A stretch of DNA of 64,000 bases. Source: Nemertoderma westbladi (Eukaryota; Animalia; Xenacoelomorpha). Positions 26,675-37,584 of the stretch are shown here, in pieces. Under the pieces are notes generated by a model. That model made no database searches and was not told where the DNA came from. It worked only from the letters and a program-made list of their open reading frames with translations. The first letter of the stretch is position 1; each line of letters starts with the position of its first letter. The position numbers and the translations under genes are program-made. The stretch covers positions 6,447 to 70,446 of the forward strand of contig JAUCBJ010007699.1 of the NCBI GenBank assembly GCA_032718475.1, in the 5' to 3' direction.

Positions 26675-27904
26675 TGTAAAAGCTTTTGCTGAATTGTCCG
26701 GTTATTTTTCCTTATTTTCCCGTAAAGTACTCTGTAGTTGGTTTACCAGGCATAAAAAGGCCGTGTCCTTGCTGTACTGGTGTTTTAGCGGACATAAAAG
26801 CTATTTCTTCTGTATTTGTACTTTAGAGGACATAATCCGTAATTCCGTGACGTAAAAGCTCGATACTCTTGAAAACAGTGTCGCTACCATGACGACGGCT
26901 AGCAGCTGATATTGCCACGTCGACGTTTCTTTGTTTCTCTGTTCTCTCGTTGTTCAGGTTGACCAATCAGAGCGTTTGTTGTCTCTGTGTTGGAGGTATA
27001 TACAGAAACTCAGTAGTTCAGTGTTATGTTTTTGCCCAGAGCCTAAGAACCGGCTTTTGGCACCTCCGTGTTTCAGTTTTTAGTCTTACACTAGTAGGTT
27101 TAATTATAAGGGCATATATCCTTTAACTGACATACCGATCAAACTCATGGAATCACTGATCTGGGAATACACTGACTGCTGACACACGGCTTTTAATAAC
27201 TGCTGAAACTGCTAAAATTACCTGCTCAATCGATACTGTATACTGCTATTTGTTGTCGGTTATTCATTATATTGGTTGATGAATTATTATATTGGAATAA
27301 CGAGAAATAACCCCCGAAAACCCAATATTCTTGATATACCGAAGGTAAGAGAGAAAGGTTACCAATAAAGATTGTGACTTATGTTAAAGTGGTTTGAAGT
27401 GAATCTAATGTTATTTGATAGACCCTACATGAGTCAGTCTGTGTTCCTTTTATATGTGACTAAAATCAGTGAAGATTGGCAGATTAGTGTGCAGTATTGT
27501 GCAGCATTGTGTATGAGTGAGTCTGTTAAAGAAGCAATTCCTAAAGAATGCGCCATATATGTGAATTATAATTAAGCCATATCGTTGTGAGTAGTTTAAG
27601 TCATAACTCTGTTTATATAAATAAAGCGCCACGTCCTAAAGGAACTGTTAATATTCCCGAAGGTGAATAATATTGTCAGAGATTATAATACTGTCAATCG
27701 AATAATACATTAGGCTTACATAGCAATAAAATTAAACCGTCGAACCCAATCTCCCGGGAATATCCAGCGGGTGAATGGTCGCGCACAGATTGGTTTCGAC
27801 TAGTGTAGTGAATCAAATACTTGTCATAGACTAAAAACGATTTAATATCTAGAAGACATCTTAATTTGGCGGGTTAAACTGCCAAAGGTCTGAAAGCGCG
27901 AACA
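26675..27904 (+). repeat. 5' LTR (1230 bp)
   Basis: TGTAAAAG...GCGCGAACA. CCAAT (~26963), TATATA (~26997) and Inr-like TCAGT follow. Carries 35 bp (27631-27665) absent from the 3' LTR. Confidence 0.95.
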
Positions 27905-28199
27905 TTAAAGGATATAGCTTCTTTATTGCAGTAAGCAATAAAGTTGAAAGTACCGGTCAACCGGTAAACCTGAACGGTACATCTGTAGGTCCGTAGGCCT
28001 AACTGTCCTAACCGGTACTTCCGTATAAGTGCATTAGTATTATTCGATTTGATTGTTGTATACCGGTAGGCTGTTTAAGAGATTAGGGACTGTACACCCC
28101 TTGTTTCTTTTGGAGCTTACTTATTTCTGTCAGTTTTATTTGTTTGTAGGCTAGTATTGAACAGAAGGCGTGTAAACCTGACCAGATTGTACAGACGAT

Positions 28200-28760
28200 T
28201 TGTAGGCTGAGCTGTTGTCTGATTGCTGTTAAGTCCGAACGAATTGCAGTGTGTGTAGATCACCTGTCCGATTAAGTACGGTTAGGAAGTAGGGGCAGCG
28301 AACGCTGTAAGGTAAACCCCCAACTAAAGAATAAGTCGCACTACTGGGTTAGAGCGCATACTCCCTAATCATTTCGGAGTCTGCATGTCCTGTAGTTTAT
28401 TTAGGCTTGAGAGTAGTCTGCCATCGTTTAGTCTGTACTTTGTTTGTGTAAGTCTGTACGGGTAGCGTATAATTTTATTTGGATAATTTGTAGGCTGGAT
28501 AGTTGTCCGGCTGTTATTAGGTCTGAACGGATTGCGGTGTGTGTAGATCATTTGTCTGATTAAGTACGGTTAGGAAGTAGGGGCAGCGAACGCTGTAAGG
28601 TGAACCCCCAACTAAAGAATAAGTCGCACTACTGGGTTAGAGCGCATACTCCCTAATCATTTCGGAGTCTGCATATACCGTAGTTTGTTTAGGCTTGATA
28701 GTAGTCTGTCAGTGTTCAGTCTGTATTTTGTTTAAGTAGTTTGTACGCGTAGCGTAATAT
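28200..28760 (+). repeat. ~289-bp tandem duplication in the element's 5' leader
   Basis: attaagtacggttaggaagtagggg...catttcggagtctgca at 28271 and 28560. Confidence 0.85.
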
Positions 28761-30081
28761 TTATTATTCAGAGTTTATGCGATTATCCGCAACATTCATT
28801 CCCCAAGTTTGTTCCTACAGTAATTGTGTTTGTTATACATACCGCTATAGTTAAATTAACCCCGGTACTACACGGGCTGCTCGGCGTAGGTAAAGACTGG
28901 TGATTTTGTGCATCGGTCACTCCAGCAGATGCCGTGGTTCTTTTAGCTGTTCAAGTATATTTAACTACTGATTATATGTTATACAAGTACTCGTACCTAA
29001 TTTAGGGTTTAGTGTACAGTGCTTTCCGAAAGTAATTAGTGTAGGCATTACATTTGTGGTGTAAAGTGGTTAATAGGCACGTTCGATTAGCTCTATTAAC
29101 TTCTAGGTAGGAACACTTCGTGATACATAACGTAGTACCTATAGCGATACGGCTATAGGTCGTCAGGCGGTGGTATTTTCCTATCTGGACAACACAGTGT
29201 ACTTACTACTACGTATTATTTTCAAATACCGTAGAACCCTGTCCGTTGTAATAACCAGATTTCTAACCCTTTGTTAGGCTGGTTTGTAGACTTCTTGTAA
29301 AATTACCCTAAAAATTCGTATTTTGTGTTTTTTGTAAATTTTTGTGTTTATTTAGAGATTGTAATCTCACCCGAATTGTACGTAATTTGTAGTATTAAGT
29401 AACTTAGGTAAATTAGAATTATTTGTTTTAGTGTCTTATAAGTAACACTTCACTGAAAGCGCACCGCTTTGTGTAGTGATTACTCCCCAGAAATAATAAC
29501 ATTTATTTCAAACATTGACAAAACCCATTAAACGGGTATATATATATTATAAATCAACTCAAACGATTTATAAATAGTAGGCCTGCCATACAACAATTAG
29601 GTCTCAATATCAGTTGGACTACTGCTTAAATAACGGCAATAAAGTAAGTTAAAGTAACCAAGTAACCCTTAAAATTCAGAAATTCAGTTATTTAAAATAA
29701 TTGATATACCGGTATTTACGATAGGCCTATTATCTTTATTTCTATAAATTTAGGCTGAAATTATACCGGTACTTGTAATTAATTCTAGTCCAGAATTATA
29801 TATACTACAAATTGTAAGCTGTATACCGGTATTTCCGATAGGCCTATTATATATTTATATATATTTGTGCTAAAATTATATGCCGGTTTCTGTAAAAAAC
29901 CTAGTCTGTAATAATACTTATATATACTATAAGCATACCGGTATTCTAATATATTATATATATATCACGCTACACTGAGTAGCAGTATCGGTAATTAATT
30001 ACTAGGCTAGCAGTTAATGCTGAATTACTAGACTTGCTTAGACTGTAATATAGCAGTAGGCATTCAACTGTACAATCAAAC

Positions 30082-32442
30082 ATGTCTGACTCACCACAAA
30101 CATTGTCAGATAGCCTCTTAGAAAGTGCTAGAATGAGTGTTAGACAGGGTCTTAAAAAGATCTGGGACTCAGCTAAGAGTATAGAGCGTCTGAGACCAAA
30201 GTCCAAGTCCCCTCCTACTGTAAGCAAGGCCATCCCTACAGTATTAATAACAGAACCGAGGCTGGTCCAACATCGTAGGTCTATCATAGGCACTCGACCT
30301 CAGGTCAAGCGAGACCAAGAAGCAGCGGAACAGCAACAACCCGCGAGCCAGGAACTTGTTTCTCAGCGGTCCGACAGCTCCAGTAGTTCGGATACTGTTG
30401 AGCGGACGCCCGAGCGCGGAGCGAAGATGGCGGATAAGGTTTATGATGAGCGGACAACCTATGAAGAATCAACCGACGCCACTTCTTCTCAAGAAGAAAG
30501 CGAAGCGACGGCAGAGAAACAGCATAAGAGGGATGCCATTGACATCTATCTGTCAGACTATCAACGTTTTTTAGGTGATGACGAGTTGAGGAGAAGGTTA
30601 GAGGGACTTAGCCCTAATAGTGAAGGAACCAAGCTTGTGTTGGATGCCATCGATGCGGAAATGTTAGCGGCGAACCAAGCTAAATTCGATGAACAACTCC
30701 GCATCGCTAGAGAACAAGAAGAACAAGTAAGGAAAAAACGTAGAGAAGATAGAAAGACAGCAGCAGCGGCAGTGGCAGCGGCAGAAGCGGAAAGAAAGGC
30801 AGCAGAGGCAGCGGCAGAAAAGAAAGCGGCAGCGGCAGAAGCGGAAAGAAAGGCAGCAGAGGCAGCGGCAGAAAGGAAAGCGGCAGCGGCAGAAGCGGAA
30901 AGAAAGATAGCAGTGGCAGAAGCAGAACGGAGGGCATCTGAAGAGACAACCCAACTAGAGTTGGAAAATCTTCAAGAGAGGCAAGATAACTTTAATAAAC
31001 AGTCAACAGCTAGTAATATGCAGATGATGAATCGATCTACTCCCAAACGACAAGGTTATACATCATCTGAGGAAGGCGATACCACCGACGCTGAAGGCGG
31101 AGGAAATAGATCTCGTCTAAGCAGACGTAAAAGAACATTCCACCGTCAGAAATTGCCTGATTTGCCTCCAGCTGTTAGAAGGCAACTAAATAACACCAAC
31201 TTAGAGAGTACAGAACCCACAGACCAAATAATTACAATAGAAAGACTCCCCACTATAGTAGATGAGCCTGAAATAAGTAGGCCTGTTCTTGAAATCACCC
31301 CTTCGGTAATAGACACCCCTGTGCTCCCTGAAGCTACCTATAAATTCCCTCTGCATAGCACTAAGCTACCTGTGCCCCGTAGAACTGCCCAGGAGACAGT
31401 TCAGGTCCTGGACCCCGAGCGAAATATTCCAAATTTGTCGCCCGTTGTCCCTCGTCTGCCCGCTACGACGTTGGCGGATCCCGTTTCGGCGGTTGATTGG
31501 GTAGACGAGAGACGGCGGGGGATGGATATTCTCCTCGGAGAGATGAAGGAGAATCGGATACGCTCCTCCCAACAGGTCCGAGAGTTGGAAGGGACTGTCC
31601 AACATTTAAAGGGAACAGTGAGGGAAAGTAAGTTAGAGTTGCAAGAAGTGCAGCAAAATATCGCGCTAGAGCGCGATAAATTAGTAAATTTACAAAAGGG
31701 TATACCACCACCCCCTGTAACAATGTGTCAACCCGTTAGGTCTGAAGTATCTCATGCGCAAGGTGTGGAGCCTACACGCATTTATACTGCTAGCGAAGTA
31801 GAAACTCCTATAGTGAACCCTATTAAGGGTAATTATAGACCTGTTGATAATGATATTCCCTATAGAACTGATCATAATCCGAGAAATTTATATACCGATA
31901 ACTCGATATTAAATAACACGATGGCCCAAGAAAGTTTTACGCGTCAAATGGCTAGAACCGAAGCCCGGCAAGCGGTAAAGGTGGGAGAGATCGTCAAGTT
32001 CAATGGAGATGAGATGAAATGGTTACCTTTTAATGAATATTACAAAGATAACATACAGAACTCTGTACTATCTAATGGAGAAAAACTTAGATACCTCATC
32101 GAGTGCTTGGAAGGATCTCCCAAGTTAATGGCGTTAAGGTTTATTGGACATCCAGACGGATTAAGACAAGTTTGGGATACACTAAACATCAGGTATGGTA
32201 ATAGGAATAACATAGCTGGGTATTTGTATGCAAAGTTGGTAGCGCCCCGAAAGTTTATTAGCAGTGGGATTATAGAGTTTTCCGATGAAATTCAGGAGAT
32301 CTGCAGACAATTAGATTGGCTAGGTAAGTCTCATGAGTATCAGAGTGCTATGGTTATTAGAGCAGTGGCTTCTACTTTACCGAAGGGTGGAGTAGGTACA
32401 CGCTGGGATAAGAAAGTGTTATATATGATGGAACAACAATGA
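30082..32442 (+). CDS. BEL/Pao gag, N-terminal part (AEAERK coiled-coil repeats, DUF1759-like region)
   Basis: 786-aa ORF with KFNGDEMKWLPF...LSNGEKLRYLIECLEG...WDTLNIRYGN, typical of Pao gag. Ends in TGA in frame with the next ORF. Confidence 0.85.
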   Translation: MSDSPQTLSDSLLESARMSVRQGLKKIWDSAKSIERLRPKSKSPPTVSKAIPTVLITEPRLVQHRRSIIGTRPQVKRDQEAAEQQQPASQELVSQRSDSSSSSDTVERTPERGAKMADKVYDERTTYEESTDATSSQEESEATAEKQHKRDAIDIYLSDYQRFLGDDELRRRLEGLSPNSEGTKLVLDAIDAEMLAANQAKFDEQLRIAREQEEQVRKKRREDRKTAAAAVAAAEAERKAAEAAAEKKAAAAEAERKAAEAAAERKAAAAEAERKIAVAEAERRASEETTQLELENLQERQDNFNKQSTASNMQMMNRSTPKRQGYTSSEEGDTTDAEGGGNRSRLSRRKRTFHRQKLPDLPPAVRRQLNNTNLESTEPTDQIITIERLPTIVDEPEISRPVLEITPSVIDTPVLPEATYKFPLHSTKLPVPRRTAQETVQVLDPERNIPNLSPVVPRLPATTLADPVSAVDWVDERRRGMDILLGEMKENRIRSSQQVRELEGTVQHLKGTVRESKLELQEVQQNIALERDKLVNLQKGIPPPPVTMCQPVRSEVSHAQGVEPTRIYTASEVETPIVNPIKGNYRPVDNDIPYRTDHNPRNLYTDNSILNNTMAQESFTRQMARTEARQAVKVGEIVKFNGDEMKWLPFNEYYKDNIQNSVLSNGEKLRYLIECLEGSPKLMALRFIGHPDGLRQVWDTLNIRYGNRNNIAGYLYAKLVAPRKFISSGIIEFSDEIQEICRQLDWLGKSHEYQSAMVIRAVASTLPKGGVGTRWDKKVLYMMEQQ

Positions 32443-32454
32443 CGAGACCCTACC

Positions 32455-34572
32455 ATGGCTGATCTCATGTCATTCTTAGATGGAGAAGTGAAATTACAGC
32501 TCCTAAGGCAGTCCAGAGAGAAGACATTGGAAAACAAGGTAAGTGAGAAACCCGTTTCTAGGAGAAGGGTAACACCAGTATGTTATACCGACGACGGTGA
32601 AAGCCAAACTTCTCAAGGAGAGGACAGCGGGAAAGACACTGACAGATCTTATTATGTCAATAAAATGCCTAAAGATCAGGTAAGTAAATCCGAGTCTCGA
32701 CCCAATGACAGAAGGGAACTGGTACAAAAAACCCTTCCTACGTCTCCTAAAAGAATTCAGGTGAGAAAGCCCGAGGAAAGAACAAGTGTGCACCACATAG
32801 CACAGGTTAAAGTAAGTAACATCAAGCCGAAATGTGTGCTGTGCGACGGGCCCCACCGTTTAAATGCGTGTGATAAATTCCTGAGGAAATCACTCGAGGA
32901 TAGACGTGAAGTCATGTGGGATAAGCGGTTGTGTTATAATTGCCTCAGACGAGGACACCAACGGCGAACCTGTAACTCCGACGCAAGGTGTGCAAAGTGC
33001 GGCGCAAAACATCATATCTTGTTGCACACGGAATTCGAACGAAACAGCCCGAGTCAGGTAAGTGAGTCCGAACTACATGTCCAATTCAGTGATGTGAACG
33101 ACACTGATCAATCTGAGATGGAAGGATTCTATACGGACGATTTCTCCGACCAAAACGAATCCTGTTACCTAATAAACACCACCGCAGTGTATCGAGCACT
33201 TGTGTATGAGAAAGACACAGACAGCGACCTTACCTTAACTACTTCCGATCAACAACCATCTTGGAAAGCGCCAACTTCCAATATAGGAATCCGAGAATTT
33301 CCTGTAGTCCAGTTACGGGTCCACGGACCTCAGAAGAGCTATATAGTGAACGCCCTCCTGGACTCCGGTAGCACAGGAACATTCATCGATAAAGAACTAG
33401 CCGAAGTCATCTTTGCTGGACAACCCAAGTTCCGAACCAAGCTAAACATGTCAGGGATCATGCAGGTTTGGAATTCTACTGTAGCTGCCGACTATTATAT
33501 AGGTGAGTTGTCCACCCCCCAGGACGAACTAGGAGAACATAGCATCAGGTCAGTGAAAATGGTGGCTATAAAGAACTTCGCTACTACACAAGCAGACCTT
33601 TATAATTGGGACGAGGATGAGAGCATCCAACATCTTAACATACCTCGATTCCAGACTGATTATCCTGGAGTGCAAATACTCATCGGCCAAAACGCGCATG
33701 AGGCGCTGGAGACATTAGAGAAACGGCCTGCTCAACCGCAGCCACTACAGACCTATGCGGTAAGAACTAGAGTAGGTTGGTACCTTACTGGACCTTCCCG
33801 TAGAACGCTCAGGGAAAGACTGCTTCAAGATCGCGTCTGCCAGGTAAGTGAATGGGAAGATGATACTAGTGAGGGAGACGACCCAACTGAGGGAACACCA
33901 CACTCCTCAGATAATGACAATCTTAACTCCAATGTAGATCAATGGAGATATTGCCCCAAGACGATGAATACAACTGACATCGCTTCCAGAGGAGCAACTC
34001 CTCAAGAACTGACAGATACTACAGACCGGTTAGGTGAACCCGACTTCCTGAGTAAGGAGGATGAATGGCCTCCCCATCTTACTCCGACTGAGATTAGACC
34101 AGCCAAGGGAGCGGAGAAAGTTAAACCTAAAACCCGGACGGGTGGAGCGGAGTTATTTGAACCCGGGATAGATCTGTCGGTATTACATATTGCCAGGGAC
34201 GACGCCGTGGATCTGGACCTCCCCACCGCGAGTGGATCCTTCATGAAGATCAGAGAGAGCGATTGGAGCTCTGGAACATCAGACGTCTCGCAGGGACTCT
34301 CACCTCTCCTGCAGAGAGCGACGGACCACTATAGCTCCTGGAATCGGCTTTGTGACGCCGTCATATACTTTGAGCAATGTTTCTATCGTCACTATTCCAG
34401 GACGAAGAGGAAACCTGGAATTGTATTCAGGATGCAGCGACTCAATCACCCAGTCGGTCGTTTGTGTTTACCGGAAGGGAATGGAGGACTCTCCGGAAAC
34501 TGTGGAAGGCAAGATTCTCATCCCACGACCACCTCCCTAATCCTTCAAACATCTAGGGACTCCATAACGTAA
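32455..34572 (+). CDS. BEL/Pao gag C-terminus (three Cys/His knuckles), aspartic protease and RNase H C-terminal remnant; RT and integrase absent
   Basis: CVLCDGPHRLNAC, CYNCLRRGHQRRTC, CAKCGAKHHILLH. Protease ALLDSGST...ILIGQN...AVRTRVGWYLTGP. The ORF then jumps to QWRYCPKTMNTTDIASRG and YSSWNRL. No YVDD or DDE motifs. Confidence 0.88.
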   Translation: MADLMSFLDGEVKLQLLRQSREKTLENKVSEKPVSRRRVTPVCYTDDGESQTSQGEDSGKDTDRSYYVNKMPKDQVSKSESRPNDRRELVQKTLPTSPKRIQVRKPEERTSVHHIAQVKVSNIKPKCVLCDGPHRLNACDKFLRKSLEDRREVMWDKRLCYNCLRRGHQRRTCNSDARCAKCGAKHHILLHTEFERNSPSQVSESELHVQFSDVNDTDQSEMEGFYTDDFSDQNESCYLINTTAVYRALVYEKDTDSDLTLTTSDQQPSWKAPTSNIGIREFPVVQLRVHGPQKSYIVNALLDSGSTGTFIDKELAEVIFAGQPKFRTKLNMSGIMQVWNSTVAADYYIGELSTPQDELGEHSIRSVKMVAIKNFATTQADLYNWDEDESIQHLNIPRFQTDYPGVQILIGQNAHEALETLEKRPAQPQPLQTYAVRTRVGWYLTGPSRRTLRERLLQDRVCQVSEWEDDTSEGDDPTEGTPHSSDNDNLNSNVDQWRYCPKTMNTTDIASRGATPQELTDTTDRLGEPDFLSKEDEWPPHLTPTEIRPAKGAEKVKPKTRTGGAELFEPGIDLSVLHIARDDAVDLDLPTASGSFMKIRESDWSSGTSDVSQGLSPLLQRATDHYSSWNRLCDAVIYFEQCFYRHYSRTKRKPGIVFRMQRLNHPVGRLCLPEGNGGLSGNCGRQDSHPTTTSLILQTSRDSIT

Positions 34573-37500
34573 CAACATATGGAGTGGGTGTGTGACTCTA
34601 TTATTTTATATTATTTTATTATTTTTATATTTATGTATGTATTACTATGTAATTTTATTATAATCGTTTTATTTAATTTAGTAGAATGTTAATTTAGCGA
34701 TTATTTAGTAGATTAGTGCAATATATATTCGTGTTTATTACGTACGTAATTACTTATATTATATTTAGTGCAACGGCGAGAAATAATTATTTTTCTCTTT
34801 CCTTACTGTCCGTATTATATTATAAATACGTAACTACAGTAAGATGAAATGTCCGTACTTATTAAAGTACAATAAAGCCACTACTATATTTAAGTATTAT
34901 TGGTAGGCAGAGTATTAGGAATGCAAAGTTCAGATCCTCGTGTCTCGGCTAAACCAAGCTCTGGGTAGACCTTGGAAACGACTTGCCTCTTCACACTGAC
35001 ATTGCTTCGTGCGATATTGCTCTCATACCGTATATTAAATAATACATATAGTAGCGTGATGTCCCTTTAACAGTAGCGTATAACGCAAAATAAATCTGTT
35101 AAACCCTTTGACCATCTGTAATTCTAGTCGATTAAGATATCGCGGCACCCACCGATATACTTGAAAGACAAATTCTAGAATCAGTGGTTAACGTCCCCAG
35201 ACAAGTTCTGGAATAAATTGGTGCCTATCTCAAATATTAATTATTTAATATTTGCAAATCTAATAAATCAAATCTGTAAAATTCAGATCCTTCAACAATT
35301 CTAGTCAATTAAGATATCGTAGCATTTACCGATATTCTTAAAAAAGACAATTGTCATAGAATTAAGGATCTTGTGTCCCTAGACATGTTCTAGAATCAAA
35401 ATATGTCCATTTAATTATCAAATAATAAAATTTCAGGGAATAAATTTAAATTCATGCCTTTTAATGAATTTAATAAATTGCCATTTTTACGCAATTTATA
35501 AAGTTCCCAAAATTCCATTAATTAATAGATCAAGGGAGCGGAGATTTATCTTATCATGCGTATGAGTGTGTGAAAGTCTCCCAAACATAGTCAATAGCCG
35601 ATAAAATTCATAAAGTCATGTATAAAACAGAACATTGACTATTAAAGAATACTATTAAATAACATCCCAGATCTGTATGCATTGGAATCACCCTAATTCT
35701 ACCGCTAGCTTTGCATAATGTCACCATAGCAACAACCACGCTAGAATTAGAATTGAGTCAAAAGAACAATAGAAAGCTTGTCCCATTGAATAGCATAGGG
35801 AATAAATAGCGCACTACTAGTATCCAAGGATACATAATAATACAGTGACATTCTGGAAGGCATGACTAACGGACAAATGGCCCGAATGTGTGTAATTTGT
35901 GACAAGTTGTGTGTGTGGTATTTGTGAGTTTATAGGTGAATGTTACTGCTAAAGTGTGTTTACAGTAGCTAGTCGCAATCGTAAAAGTAACCTAACTCTC
36001 CAAGGAAAACCTGAAGTACATCTAAGCCTTTGGGACGGACAGTTGAGTGACTTGTGCCGGTTGTCGTTGTCGTTGTGCGGCTACGTCGTTGGCGAAAGTA
36101 CAGCGGCGACGACACATCGGCGCTGAGGATCTCGTACTGTCCGGGGGTTGATTGGGGTAGGCAGCGACGCCCGCTCGCCTAAATATAAACTCATTATAAT
36201 ATGGATAAACTCATATATAGCAGATATGACGGAGTTGATAGAAGATGGTCTTAGTATCGGGGAGCGATATACTCTACTTTTACAAGCGTTTGTTGATAGC
36301 TTAATACGCGGCGACGTTAGTCCAACTGCTGCGGAGGACGATGGTCGTTATATCGAACCGCCAATGTCCCAAGAGCAGCTCGCGCGAGTTGGACTATAGA
36401 AAATTCGCTGCTCGATATACGCAGCGTAATGGTACGTATATGGTCTTCTTAACTACTGGTCATCTTATCGATTTACACAATACAGGCTATGTCGACTATA
36501 TATCCTGCCCAGTGGAGTCGGAACCATAAACTGAAATTCGAATGCGAAAATTCTATTCGAAATCGACTCGAAAGAAAAGACACTAAAGAAACAAATGGAC
36601 GCGGTAACTCCAACGTATATTTGGAATTCTTGATAGAAGCATTGTAACAACAAATAAATATCACCCGCGTTTACCCTACCAGACGTGCGTCTTTGGTATT
36701 ATTACGATAAATGCCCTAGACCCAACTAATAAACGGAAAGACATAAACATCCACGTAAACCGAAACTTGTTGACGTATCACCTATGCTCACTCGGCTCGA
36801 ACGATCCTGGAGTAAACCTACGATCAGAGTCCCGGAATACTCGGTCAAACCTCCTCATTCCTTAGTTGGACCTCAGACCTGCGATCCTGGTGGTGTCGCG
36901 GATCCTCGCGGACTGTATTCACTGTTCAAGATCTAGTGCTACCCTAACAATTAATCGGTAACACTCCGACAGTGATTTCTAGCTAGCCGCCCATCTTACC
37001 TAGCTGGATTATGACGCAGACACCTAATATCACTATCCAACCGTATGGTCGTCCCGTTTAATGCGATACAACCCTTCATCAAGGTGAAGGAGAGCGTTGT
37101 ACGAAACGAGTTAAACGCTATTCTATAAAGATCAAAAAAGAAACCTGCGTTTGTTCAGATAAACGTAAGTTATAACAGTAAGTCCAATCGATAAACGAAT
37201 TGGCCTTATCTCAGTTCGATTGGGAAACCTCGAATCTCAAAGAAGATATCAAGCTTAGAAAACCCTATTCTCTGCGAGAGTTTTGGACGAACGTATCCCA
37301 TGACAAGCGGAGGAAAATCAGCTCGAGGAGAAGCATATCGAAATGGACGAGACACCGACCGTAAACCCAAACCTTTTAATGCAATCATATTGCACCCTTC
37401 ACCCAGGAGTTATGGCCCTCCTAGTAAAGTGGCTCCCCCCAAAGAGAAAAGGACTCTTGCTAGCCTCAAAAAACTGCGTAAACGCCGTCTGCGTAAGAAA

Positions 37501-37584
37501 GACTAACTGTTCAGAGTATCTTTATGTTTTAGAAACTGTGATTTTTATATTTTATAGACTAAAAATCCCATTTTCTGGGAGCGG

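Noticed and set aside
26628-27632. Small ORFs repeated at 37343-38542
   Set aside because: They are identical only because they lie within the two LTRs, and have no protein features.
33841-33935. RT deletion produced by splicing from the 33841 donor
   Set aside because: The donor GT is retained and the apparent junction lies ~80 nt downstream, so it is not an exon-exon junction from this site.
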